Shown here: positions 44,805 through 54,089 of the stretch, piece after piece
Layout of the letters: every line of letters begins with the position of its first letter
How positions within the stretch are numbered: the first letter of the stretch is position 1
DNA from: a virus
Taxonomy: Duplodnaviria; Heunggongvirae; Uroviricota; Caudoviricetes
Reading direction: 5' to 3' (one strand)
DNA: 64,000 nucleotides
IMG/VR virus record: IMGVR_UViG_3300029549_000273
Program-made: the position numbers and the translations under genes
The notes under the pieces: generated by a model
What the model saw: the letters and a program-made list of their open reading frames with translations, nothing else
Told to the model about the DNA's origin: nothing
Database searches by the model: none

Positions 44805-45105
44805 ACGACAAACCAAAAAGGTAAATCAGCACTTACCGCTCACGCGGCGTTACTGTGGTCCACATCGCCAAGGATATACCGGGTTTGATGGTACGCACAC
44901 TTCTCCTTCCCCTCAGAGATGTTTAATACGCACCCGCAGAGCGGCGGACTTGTGGAGTATCCGCCGGTGCCTATGTATTCCGGCATATCGTAGCCTTGCG
45001 GCTGAGGCTTATTGACGAGGCTTACTCTCCTTGCGGGTCATAAGCCACACCAAATGACAGGAGGCTGAGCCGGAGTTTCCGGCGCACCCGCCCGCCATTC
45101 GGCGG
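44805..45105 (-). ncRNA. Structured roughly 300-nt RNA element (copy A) with GNRA-capped hairpins, an anti-repeat complementary to the mini-array repeat, and a 3' intrinsic terminator; candidate omega-RNA/tracr-like RNA
   Basis: On the minus strand it contains CCCGCCgaatGGCGGG, GCCGGaaacuCCGGC, AGCCgcaaGGCU, and the segment CCUGUCAUUUGGUG, which is complementary to the repeat CACCAAAUGACAGG. It ends with the hairpin GGUAAgugcugauUUACC followed by UUUUUGGUUUG. An identical copy is at 46160-46465. Confidence 0.4.
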
Positions 45106-45112
45106 GGTAAAG

Positions 45113-45463
45113 CTAAAGAGCAGCGTCCTGATTGACAGGACATTCGAGACTCATGTTTTTTCTCTTCTCACAGGACTCTGCCTGCGACCACAAGCTGTTT
45201 GGCAGATTGAGCACCGTTACGAGGACATCCCCGGCAAACAGATAGACGTGCCGGTGATATACTCGAATATTGTTGATGGTTTTGTTTTTGAAGCGGATGG
45301 ATGTAAGGTATCCATTCAGGTGGCCTCTGGTCTCCGAGTGCTTCACGCCAAAGTCAAAGGCTTTCTGTGCATTGCGCACGGCTGCTCTTTTGCCGAGACC
45401 AGCACGCTGTTTTGTACGCTTCCTCGCGTGTTTACTTACCTGCGCTGACATGGTTCGTATCAT
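45113..45463 (-). CDS. Hypothetical basic protein (about 115 aa)
   Basis: The ORF MIRTMSAQVSKHARKRTKQRAG... is Lys/Arg-rich. The start is uncertain and it overlaps its neighbour. Confidence 0.3.
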   Translation of the reverse strand: MIRTMSAQVSKHARKRTKQRAGLGKRAAVRNAQKAFDFGVKHSETRGHLNGYLTSIRFKNKTINNIRVYHRHVYLFAGDVLVTVLNLPNSLWSQAESCEKRKNMSLECPVNQDAAL

Positions 45464-46034
45464 TCTGATGGACAGACACCGCGTTGCGATTGGCCTGCCG
45501 AATGAGCGACAGGATATCGTCCAGCCTGTTTCCGCCAAAGTACACAAGTAATGGCTGATACAGCGCCAATACCGCCACAACAAAGCAGACGGCATCAGCA
45601 GTACCCGCAGGGAAATCCGCCCGTGCCATAACTACAGAATACAGGCTTGCCAGCAGTACAATCGCCGCTGTGAGGGAAAGAACGGTATGGAAGAATAAAG
45701 CGAGCGCCTTACTCACAGCACCGCAGTTGGCGAACTTCTTCTCCACGAAATACTTCGCAGCCGGCAAGCCCACCAGGACTGCCAGCAGCACAAGCTGGAT
45801 ACCAAGAGAGACTTTGGGAATCTGGAACTCCCGGCTCTGGAAGAACAGCGTCACGCGGCTGCCGACGTTCAGTGTTTCAATGAGTAGGAATAGCCACAGA
45901 ACCGCAAGCACCAGCGGTCTCGGCGCATTGAGCTTGCCCACGGCGAAATCGCACAACACCCATAGCACAATGAGTACCGCAAGCTGCGGCATCATGAGCC
46001 GCCCTAATTCCAGAGCAAAACTAACAAAAGTCAT
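45432..46034 (-). CDS. Hypothetical polytopic membrane protein (200 aa)
   Basis: Multiple hydrophobic segments. It is flanked by the two copies of the 300-bp RNA element. Confidence 0.5.
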   Translation of the reverse strand: MTFVSFALELGRLMMPQLAVLIVLWVLCDFAVGKLNAPRPLVLAVLWLFLLIETLNVGSRVTLFFQSREFQIPKVSLGIQLVLLAVLVGLPAAKYFVEKKFANCGAVSKALALFFHTVLSLTAAIVLLASLYSVVMARADFPAGTADAVCFVVAVLALYQPLLVYFGGNRLDDILSLIRQANRNAVSVHQNDTNHVSAGK

Positions 46035-46063
46035 TGTTCATTCCTCCTGAAAAATTTACCGAT

Positions 46064-46135
46064 TCCTGTCATTTGGTGGGGGACGTCAATCCTGCGGGCC
46101 AGATGATACTCCCTGTCATTTGCTGTGGCACATCA
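46064..46135 (-). repeat. Second mini-array of two repeats (one degenerate) of the CCTGTCATTTGGTGGGGGACGTCAA motif
   Basis: The motifs cctgtcatttggtgggggacgtcaat and cctgtcatttgctgtggcacatcaac are separated by 21 nt. Confidence 0.35.
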
Positions 46136-46159
46136 ACGATTAAAAAGACGAGAATTCCC

Positions 46160-46465
46160 CTACTTGAGAAAACCAAAGATTTGGTAAATCAGCACTTACC
46201 GCTCACGCGGCGTTACTGTGGTCCACATCGCCAAGGATATACCGGGTTTGATGGTACGCACACTTCTCCTTCCCCTCAGAGATGTTTAATACGCACCCGC
46301 AGAGCAGCGGACTTGTGGAGCATCCACCGGTGCCTATGGATTCCGGCATATCGTAGCCTTGCGGCTGAGGCTTATTGACGAGGCTTACTCCCCTTGCGGG
46401 TCATAAGCCACACCAAATGACAGGAGGCTGGGTCGGAGTTTCCGGCGCACCCGCCCGCCATTCGG
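46160..46465 (-). ncRNA. Second copy (copy B) of the roughly 300-nt structured RNA element, more than 95% identical to copy A
   Basis: Near-identical to 44805-45105 with a handful of substitutions. It is the same terminator-capped structured element. Confidence 0.4.
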
Positions 46466-46477
46466 CGGGAGTGCAGA

Positions 46478-46849
46478 CTAATTGTTGTAGGAATTGAAGG
46501 GGCAAAGCATACACTTTTGCAGGTCCTCGCCGCAGAACTGGCAGAAATCCACCTCGCTTTCCCGCATCTTCTCAAAGATGGCGGCGAAGTTCGGCCAGTG
46601 GAAGCCCAGCGCCTTTCCGAGACTGTCGAGAAGCACATCCTGTGATAGGGCGGAAAACAATTCCGCGTCGCACAGCGGTTCGTCTGTCTCCGAATTGATG
46701 GGACAGACGATAACAGAGCCGCCGGTGATGTCTTCCCGCCATTGCGGCGGTGTTTCCCGGATGGTGTTGCCCTCCGTGTCCACAGTTTTTCTGGCCACCG
46801 TGTAGACGCCGCGCTGCACTACGACCGTGCTGCTCTTTGCATCCGGCAT
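46478..46849 (-). CDS. Hypothetical protein (123 aa) with C-terminal Cys pairs
   Basis: ORF with C-terminal CQFCGEDLQKCMLCP. Confidence 0.45.
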   Translation of the reverse strand: MPDAKSSTVVVQRGVYTVARKTVDTEGNTIRETPPQWREDITGGSVIVCPINSETDEPLCDAELFSALSQDVLLDSLGKALGFHWPNFAAIFEKMRESEVDFCQFCGEDLQKCMLCPFNSYNN

Positions 46850-46851
46850 TT

Positions 46852-48740
46852 TCAGTCTCCTTTCCCCGCCGCCAGCAGGCGCGGCACAAACTCAGATACT
46901 TCCAGTTTTTCTTGGTACATCTTCCGGCAGGTGATGATTTCCAGCTCATGCCGTGCCCGCGTCGCTCCGACGTAGAACGCTCGCGCATCCTCTTCGTCAT
47001 CCTCCGCGTCGCGGTCATCGCTGTCACCGGGAATGATGCCAGATACCATGTCGATTAAGATGACCTTATCGAACTCCAGACCTTTACTGGAATGGATGGT
47101 GGTAACGGTCACATTGGAATCCTCGCAGCCCTTATATTCCGTGATGTTTTTGAGTGCGGCGAGGAAGTCCGGAATGGTCGAATACTTCTCCGCTACCATT
47201 TTCAAAATGCTGATACGCAGACTGATAAACTGCTCGGAAGCACCGGCGTCAATTTTCTTCGTCAGCCAGTTGCTCCAATAGTCGAGCATGAACAGAATGT
47301 AGTCGATAGCCTCAGCAGGCTTCTTCTTCGCAAGGTCGGAAAAGTCCCTCGGCAGGCATTCTATTTTCCATGCGTATCCCTTGCCGCCTGCAAATTTCAT
47401 CGCGGCGCTGAATACGTTCCGGCACTCCCCTTCTTCAACCGCCTCGATAATGCGCTTGGCGGTGACGCCCTTCATGTAAAGGCCCATTTTGTAGTACAGA
47501 TGCCCAAAAGCGGTGGTGTCAGCAGGGTTCAGGGCCAGAAGCATAAAGTCGAGCAGGTCCCGAATGACGTAGTTCGTCATGAAGGTCCCCGTCGCATCTC
47601 TGGTTTGAACCTGAATGCCGTTCATCTGGAGCAGATTGATAAGAGGGATGGCAGAGTCGTTATTCCGATACAGAATTGCCAGGGATTCATCCGGCTTCTG
47701 ATTCCGGATGCGCTCCAGCAGAAGCTCCGCCTGCTGTTCCATGCGGTCGATGCAGGTCACGACGATGGCTCCGTCCTTTTGGGACTGGGCACGCATATTC
47801 TTGTCGAGTCGTCTCGTATTCAGTTTGATGAACTGATTGGCCGCTGAGACGATGTTCCTGTCGCTGCGGTAATTGGTCTCCATACGCAGGATACAGGGTT
47901 CGTTATAGTTGCTCTGGAAGTCCAGCAGTGCGGCAGGATACGCGCCTCGGAAGCCGTAGATGCTCTGGTCTTCGTCTCCGACCATGAAGATATTGCCATT
48001 CCGCCCAACCAGCTTCTGGACGATAAGGTGCTGGACATACGAGGTGTCCTGCGCCTCGTCCACACTCACATAGCGGAACTTCTCATGCGCCCGCTGTAAG
48101 ATGTCCGGGTATTCATCCAGCAAATCATTTGCCATGAGAAGCTGGTCATCAAAATCCATCAAATCATGCTCGCTCATGTAGAGCTTGTACGCCTGGTAAA
48201 AAGCAGAAAAATCAAGGCTGTTTTCTTCGATGGCCTCAATTTCCTGAAAGGTCATGAGCTTGTTTTTTACTTTGCACACCTTCTGCGCGAGAGACCGCAC
48301 CTGTGAATCACTGGGATACTCCGGAAGCATCTTAGCCGCAATAGCACGGACGATGCTCTCGTTGTTCGGCACCAGCTTTGGTACATGAATGTACTTCTCT
48401 TTCGCACAAGTATTGATGACGGACAGGCAGAAGCTGTTGATAGTGGAGAATGCCGGTATCCGTTCCGGGGCAAACTTCTTTATGAAACGCTCCTTCATTT
48501 CCTTTGCCGCAGCGCGGGTATAAGTGATGGTCAGGATATTCTCCGGCTTTACGCCTGCGACATACATGAGATAGCCGGTTCTCGCTACGATGACCGTAGT
48601 TTTTCCGCTTCCCGGCACAGCAAGGAGCAGCGTTGCTCCATTCACGCGCCGGACAGCGGCTTCCTGCTGTTCGTTGAGTCCGCAAATATTGAATTTTTGG
48701 CAAAAAGTGTGGTAATCCAATGCAGCGCACCCCCGAACTT
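46852..48740 (-). CDS. UvrD/PcrA-family SF1 DNA helicase, probable TTG start
   Basis: Contains LNEQQEAAV...LLLAVPGSGKTT, TITYTRAAAKEM and later SF1 motifs. The consensus promoter lies inside the longer ATG-less N-terminus, so the start was set at the TTG 8 nt after GGGGGTG. Confidence 0.8.
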
Positions 48741-48750
48741 TTATATTTAC

Positions 48751-48779
48751 ATTATACCACACATTAGCTTGATTGTCAA
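48751..48779 (-). promoter_or_regulatory. Consensus promoter TTGACA-N17-TGgTATAAT for the helicase gene
   Basis: The reverse complement reads aTTGACAatcaagctaatgtgtggTATAATgt. Confidence 0.5.
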
Positions 48780-48955
48780 TTCGTTTCAGAAAAGCTAAGC
48801 GCCCCAAGACAAGGAGCGCTTGGCTTGCTGGCTGACGTCTACTGCTTCTCAATATAGCCGCTGACAGGCTCTGCGTACATATTGTCGTCTGTGACAGGCT
48901 GGTAGCTTTGGGTTTTCAAACACAGTATATCACATAGAATTTTGTGTGCAAATAG

Positions 48956-49153
48956 TTACCGCTGCGAATGATGATGCCGCTTGCGTCGTGCAATTTGGTA
49001 TTCGTCGAATGCTTTAAGCGGTTTCTGAGCCTCGTCAATCATATTCTTTTCCGCCGTCAGCGCCTTCTGAAACTCCGCCCATGCAGAACAAGCCTCCGGC
49101 TTATGGCATCCGGGAGTGCGGTCTGGGCAGTCGAGACAAGGAGAATTAACCAT
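48956..49153 (-). CDS. Small Cys-rich protein (66 aa)
   Basis: The start MVNSPCLDCPDRTPGCHKPEAC follows AAAGGAGG. Confidence 0.35.
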   Translation of the reverse strand: MVNSPCLDCPDRTPGCHKPEACSAWAEFQKALTAEKNMIDEAQKPLKAFDEYQIARRKRHHHSQR

Positions 49154-51365
49154 GGGCCTGCGCCTCCTTTCCAAGCGCCGTCGCGAAGCGTTTGGCCTGG
49201 TATTCCGTAATGGTTCGGACACCGGCGCGTAACTTCCACTCGGACAGCTTTACCGGCCATTCCGCGTCCTGGCAGATACTGGTGTCCACGGCGTCCAGAA
49301 GCATTTTTTCCTTCGCTTCCCTTTTTCGGATGAAATCCAATGCTGTCTTGAGATAGCGGATGGCGTAGGCATAGTCCACGGCAATGCCGCCGATGCGCCA
49401 GTTACCGAGAGATTTGTTTGTGACCACATATTCCAGCCAGACCGAATTGAGGTAAGTCAGGTTGATGTACTCGCCATCGTATAGCTCGAAATTCGCACGG
49501 GCATTTGCGGCGCTTGTACGGTTCCAATTCCATTCGCCGCTCTTTTCAGCGGACACGAACACATGGCGCTCCGGCTCTGTCTGATAGTGCCGGAGAATGA
49601 TTTCGCCCTCTTGCGGCTTGAAGTATTTCGCTTTTGCCGTACCTTTGAACATCGCATTTGGGCGTTCAAATTCCACCATCTCAACCGGCGGGTCATATTC
49701 GACCAGATTCGCTTTATATAGCGCACAATCATCCACAGCACAGTCATGTGTGCGATTACGCTCGCCGCGTCCACGCACATTCTCCCATGCTCGCGGATAG
49801 ATAGTGGGGCTGTCCGTTTCAGGAACAAGATGCTGTGTCGTAAGCAGCATATCTCCCTGTTGGACTTTCTGATTGCATCGAGCGATGATATCCGTAAAGG
49901 AGCCGTACTTATTGTCTGAAATCCACTTATCCGCAACGGAGAAGATGACATACTCCGACTGTTTGGCAAGCGTAACGCCCTTCGGCAGCGGGAGCAGTGC
50001 GGAGTGGTCCACGACGCCTTGCAGGATGTTGTAGACGAAGGTGCGGGATACAAGGCCGTCCAGAATTCGCTTGCGCTGTTCTCTCTGCTCTTTCACATAC
50101 CGTTTACGCTCTGACTCAAAGATGAATTCCTTCGGCTCCTCCGGCACGGTCTCTGTAACGACCTGCGCTCTGGTGAGAATCAGGTCGTCACTGATATGGA
50201 CGCGGTTTTCATCCGTCCAGCCAAGGTAGAGATTTTCACCGTTTCGGATGATAATGCCAACGGTCTTGCCGTGGTAGTAGTCGTAGCGGTCGAGCATATT
50301 GTGGTACGGTCTGCCCTCATTGTCCATTGCGCGTCCGATGGATTTTCCGGTGCGGCTGAGGCGCACGAGCATGATGCAGCGTTCGTTCGGTGCGAAGGTG
50401 TCCAGCGCGTATGGAGAGTGCTTGAGGAAGCTCTCAAACATATCCAGCTCATTCCACTGAATTTCATACAGGGACGCGAGCCTCCCTAAATCCTCGTCGA
50501 GGAAGCGAAGTTTCTGATGCACGACGATAGGCTCCGTGTCCGGCGCGTTCTTGCCGGAGCGGATGCGGGTGAAATTGACGACTTCTCCGGCATAACAGCG
50601 GATGGCATAGATTTGGGAGTCCAGCAGGTAGATTTGTCCCTCCAGCTGTTCCTTTTTCTCTTCCATCTCCTCCATTTTGCGGTTCAGTTCCGCCATGAGC
50701 TTATCTTTCTTCTGCCAAAGCTCCTGCTTGAGGGCCTCAATTTGCGCTGTCAGTTCTGCAAGTTCGCCGGTCTTTGCGCCTTCGACATCCTTCATCTCAC
50801 TTTTCAGCTTCTCAATTTCGGTCTGGTGAGTGCTAAGCTGTTCCTTGACCGTTTTCTGAGACAGCGCGGTTCCCGCACCCACCGGAATGATGCTCATATC
50901 GCAGACGGCCGCCGAGCCAAGCTCCGCCATCGCCTGTGCAGGCGTCAGGTCGGAGTAGTCTCTGTCCGGCGTATAGGTCATGTACTTCTCAGGCTCCATG
51001 ACAATGATGCCCTTCTGCGGATTGCCGATGTATAAAAACGCTGCTTCCTTCGACCAGAGAGCTGCGCGGATAGGCTGTTCAAACTCCTCCGCGAAGTGGA
51101 AGAACTGAAGCATTTTTTCGGAAACCGATGCTCTCTGCTTCTCCCAATTCTCTTCCGTCTGATGGCCGAAAAAGCTGAAGGTGTTGCGGCCAATATCGTA
51201 GAGGTCAACGCCCGCGTTCTTTGCCGCCTCTTTCGTCAGTCTTGAACAGACGTCGGAAATCTCTTTTGCGTCAGCCATGGAGAGAGTGCGATACCACGCC
51301 AAATAGGCGCTCACGCCCTCCTTCGCCACCTTTACGGTGCCGTTGTTGTAAATAGGTTCCTGCAT
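49146..51365 (-). CDS. Large hypothetical protein (739 aa) with a central coiled-coil
   Basis: The long ORF has a coiled-coil segment EIEKLKSEMKDVEGAKTGELAELTAQIEALKQELWQKKDKLMAELNRKMEEMEEKKEQLEGQIY. No catalytic motif was recognised. Confidence 0.55.
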   Translation of the reverse strand: MQEPIYNNGTVKVAKEGVSAYLAWYRTLSMADAKEISDVCSRLTKEAAKNAGVDLYDIGRNTFSFFGHQTEENWEKQRASVSEKMLQFFHFAEEFEQPIRAALWSKEAAFLYIGNPQKGIIVMEPEKYMTYTPDRDYSDLTPAQAMAELGSAAVCDMSIIPVGAGTALSQKTVKEQLSTHQTEIEKLKSEMKDVEGAKTGELAELTAQIEALKQELWQKKDKLMAELNRKMEEMEEKKEQLEGQIYLLDSQIYAIRCYAGEVVNFTRIRSGKNAPDTEPIVVHQKLRFLDEDLGRLASLYEIQWNELDMFESFLKHSPYALDTFAPNERCIMLVRLSRTGKSIGRAMDNEGRPYHNMLDRYDYYHGKTVGIIIRNGENLYLGWTDENRVHISDDLILTRAQVVTETVPEEPKEFIFESERKRYVKEQREQRKRILDGLVSRTFVYNILQGVVDHSALLPLPKGVTLAKQSEYVIFSVADKWISDNKYGSFTDIIARCNQKVQQGDMLLTTQHLVPETDSPTIYPRAWENVRGRGERNRTHDCAVDDCALYKANLVEYDPPVEMVEFERPNAMFKGTAKAKYFKPQEGEIILRHYQTEPERHVFVSAEKSGEWNWNRTSAANARANFELYDGEYINLTYLNSVWLEYVVTNKSLGNWRIGGIAVDYAYAIRYLKTALDFIRKREAKEKMLLDAVDTSICQDAEWPVKLSEWKLRAGVRTITEYQAKRFATALGKEAQAHG

Positions 51366-51385
51366 GGTCGGTCCCTCCCTGTGCT

Positions 51386-51598
51386 TCAGAAAATCAGACT
51401 ACCCAAGGCGTCGTAGTCTGTGCTGCTTTTGAGTTTGGCGTAGCCGCCGTCCTCGCTAACGCTCCAGAGCGTGAAGGTTGGTGTATGGCCATCGTCACGC
51501 CTCTGTGTGATGGCATAGTGTGCTCCGTCCCGTGCGGTGATGGACACACCAGGGTATCGTGTCTCCTCCGGAGGAAGACTATTCTGCGCTTTTGCCAT
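51386..51598 (-). CDS. Hypothetical small protein (70 aa)
   Basis: The start MAKAQNS follows GGAGGAGGG. This is the C-terminal part of a longer spurious frame. Confidence 0.4.
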   Translation of the reverse strand: MAKAQNSLPPEETRYPGVSITARDGAHYAITQRRDDGHTPTFTLWSVSEDGGYAKLKSSTDYDALGSLIF

Positions 51599-52022
51599 CA
51601 GGCTTTCCCTCCTCCGTACTGGTTTTGATAGCACCGCACTCAACCAGAATGCGGTATATCTCATGGACAGCCGCATCCGAGACAGTGTATGTTCGCCAGC
51701 AACTGAATGGGTCGTATCCGTAAAAATCAGCATCAACGATTTTCTTGATGGCAGAGCGCTCGTCTGCGGTGCGAACCGCTTCCTCATAGGCTGCCATATC
51801 CGGATAGAGCACATAGCCGCCATTGCATTCATTCCGGTCGATGTATTCACCAGTCTTGCGGCTGAAGGCGTCGTTGCCGATGTAGAAATACTTCTTGCCG
51901 ACTTTTGTAACGGTTCTTGTGATTGGCGTTCTGCCGCCAGCGGTCCTTGCAAAATTGCCATACGGCATGAGCACGAGTTCGCGCCCGACACTAATGGTAG
52001 AGAGCCAGAGTTTGTCCTGCAT
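51579..52022 (-). CDS. Hypothetical protein (147 aa)
   Basis: ORF with AGAGGAGGACGATACT upstream. Confidence 0.5.
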   Translation of the reverse strand: MQDKLWLSTISVGRELVLMPYGNFARTAGGRTPITRTVTKVGKKYFYIGNDAFSRKTGEYIDRNECNGGYVLYPDMAAYEEAVRTADERSAIKKIVDADFYGYDPFSCWRTYTVSDAAVHEIYRILVECGAIKTSTEEGKPDGKSAE

Positions 52023-52048
52023 AGTATCGTCCTCCTCTTCAAGGAAAG

Positions 52049-52579
52049 TTAATCAGCCACTTTGCTTATGACAATTTCTCCGTCTGAGCACTCAATGACG
52101 GAATAGGCTCCCTCACTCGAAATAATAATTGGCGCTCCTGCCTGAAACGTGAGAGTGTCTGGTTCCGTTTTGTTTGATTCTTTGCTGTTAGAAGCTGTAA
52201 TGCAAACGAGTGCAGCTGTAGCCGAAAGCAGAAATAAAGCCCTCTGCACAATTACCTTCCTCTCAGGGGTTTGCACTCGGTAGAGATGCACGAGTTCACA
52301 AACCGCGCAAACGCCGAAGCCAATGCTTCCAATAACGGAAACAAAGAGAAAGATAATATACGCCGCAAGAAGTGCCATAGAATCATTCAGAAAAAAGTAA
52401 AAGTCTGAAAGCAAATCCCACGCGCAGGCCGATGCAACACACAAAATCGCGGCCGCGACAATACAGCAAAGCGCAAATGCAGCTGATTCGAGTGCGCTGG
52501 CGTTTGTCATGTCCGTATCTGTATCGTCATCAAGCCCCTGCCGCATAAGCCAAAGGGACATGATAATCGGAAAGTTCAA
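52049..52579 (-). CDS. Hypothetical membrane protein (176 aa)
   Basis: Several hydrophobic segments. Confidence 0.5.
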   Translation of the reverse strand: MNFPIIMSLWLMRQGLDDDTDTDMTNASALESAAFALCCIVAAAILCVASACAWDLLSDFYFFLNDSMALLAAYIIFLFVSVIGSIGFGVCAVCELVHLYRVQTPERKVIVQRALFLLSATAALVCITASNSKESNKTEPDTLTFQAGAPIIISSEGAYSVIECSDGEIVISKVAD

Positions 52580-52599
52580 AATGATATCCTCCTGTCCGG

Positions 52600-53280
52600 C
52601 TATGGAAGTTCCCAGTGAATTGGTGTGCTTCCCATCTGTTCCAACAATCTGTTAGTTTGAGAAAAAGGTCTGCTGCCGATGAATGCTTTTACTACATCGT
52701 TTCCTTTTCGCGCCCCAAGGGGACTTGGATGACTTGAAAATACCACACCCTTATCAGGCAGTTGTGAAATTGGAATTCCGGCAAGAAAGGCTCTTGCCTG
52801 TCCGCCCCATGTGATGAACACAATCGGCTGCGGCAGCTTCGCACACGCCGCGAATACCGCCTGCGTGAAATTCTGCCACCCCCAGTTTCTATGGCTGTTT
52901 GCGGTCCCATCCTGTACTGTAAGTACGGTATTGAGCATGAGTACGCCTTGTTCCGCCCAGTGAGTCAGGTCTCCACTTTTCGGATACGGACAACCAATGT
53001 CACTGACCAGTTCCTTGAAGACGTTTTTGAGCGACGGTGGAAAAAGCACACCACGGTTTACTGAAAAGCACAGCCCGTTCGCCTGCCCCGCCTCGTGATA
53101 TGGGTCTTGCCCGACAAGGCATACCTTCACCTTCTCCGGCGTGGTAAGCTCCAACGCACGGAATATCTGCTCCTGCGGCGGGTATATTGTGCGACCCGCT
53201 TCGCGCTCACAGGCAGCCCGCTTGGCAAGCTCAGCTCCAAGCGCCTGTACATCCTGTGGGATTACATCGCTCCACATCAC
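52600..53280 (-). CDS. ung: Uracil-DNA glycosylase (family 1)
   Basis: Contains the motifs GQDPYH, LCFSV...LNTVLTV and HPSPL. Confidence 0.85.
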   Translation of the reverse strand: MMWSDVIPQDVQALGAELAKRAACEREAGRTIYPPQEQIFRALELTTPEKVKVCLVGQDPYHEAGQANGLCFSVNRGVLFPPSLKNVFKELVSDIGCPYPKSGDLTHWAEQGVLMLNTVLTVQDGTANSHRNWGWQNFTQAVFAACAKLPQPIVFITWGGQARAFLAGIPISQLPDKGVVFSSHPSPLGARKGNDVVKAFIGSRPFSQTNRLLEQMGSTPIHWELP

Positions 53281-53315
53281 TGGAAAATCACATCCTCCGT
53301 TTACTTTATGCTTAT

Positions 53316-53344
53316 ATTATACCACACATTAGCTCAAAAGTCAA
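53316..53344 (-). promoter_or_regulatory. Consensus promoter TTGACT-N17-TGgTATAAT for ung
   Basis: The reverse complement reads aTTGACTtttgagctaatgtgtggTATAATat. Confidence 0.5.
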
Positions 53345-53376
53345 TTTAATGCGTATGGAAACGGCCTTCGCGTGAT

Positions 53377-53916
53377 TCACGCGAAGTACCACTCCCCATT
53401 GCTGAATTCAACGAACTCTTCCTCGGCGGCGAAATGCACCTCCAAAAAAAGCTCTCCTTCGCCATTATCTACGACCACCACATCGTAGTCGTCGTCTCCA
53501 TAGTAGGAGATGATATCGTGATGCTTATTCGCTTTCTCGTCGATGATGCACATATCGCGCGGCACCTTGTAGAGCAACGCTCCATCCTTCCGCCGCGTAC
53601 AGCACGCGGCATCGTAGAAAAGGAAAGTCTCTCTGTTGTCTTCGTCGGCGTTTTTGAATTCCCTAATACCGTTCTTTTCCTTCTCCGCAAGTTCGTTAAG
53701 CAAAGCTACGACCTTCAGCGTTTTTACATTCAACATAGAGTTCCTCCTCAGTAATTCGTACAGCATCCCATAGAGATACTCCGGCGGGCTGCATTTCTCC
53801 TGCTCCCAGTTTCGGACTGTTCCCAGAGGAATTCCGGTGGTAAGGGCAAATTCACGCTGGGACAGCTTAAAATCCTGACGCTGCTTTCGGATGCGGTTCT
53901 GCTCGTGTTCAATCAT
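53377..53916 (-). CDS. XRE-family helix-turn-helix transcriptional regulator with a C-terminal domain
   Basis: The helix-turn-helix is LSQREFALTTGIPLGTVRNWEQEKCSP. The start is uncertain (MIEHEQ or the upstream MVEISM). Confidence 0.5.
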   Translation of the reverse strand: MIEHEQNRIRKQRQDFKLSQREFALTTGIPLGTVRNWEQEKCSPPEYLYGMLYELLRRNSMLNVKTLKVVALLNELAEKEKNGIREFKNADEDNRETFLFYDAACCTRRKDGALLYKVPRDMCIIDEKANKHHDIISYYGDDDYDVVVVDNGEGELFLEVHFAAEEEFVEFSNGEWYFA

Positions 53917-54089
53917 ACTTATTTCAACCACCCTTAATAATTTGTAGTGCGCAATCTAAGTATTTTTCAATATAGCACCGGCATTCTGACTTGTCAAGCG
54001 CAATATCCAAAATGTGTAAAAAATCACTCCCCCGTTGTCGAGGGAGTGATGTGTTCTGTTTGGAAGGGTCTGCCGCAGTCAGCTATGTA

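Noticed and set aside
51386-52042. 218-aa ORF
   Set aside because: It is an alternate frame over the better-supported 147-aa gene at 51579..52022. Only its C-terminal 70 aa, which has its own ribosome-binding site, was kept as a separate small gene.
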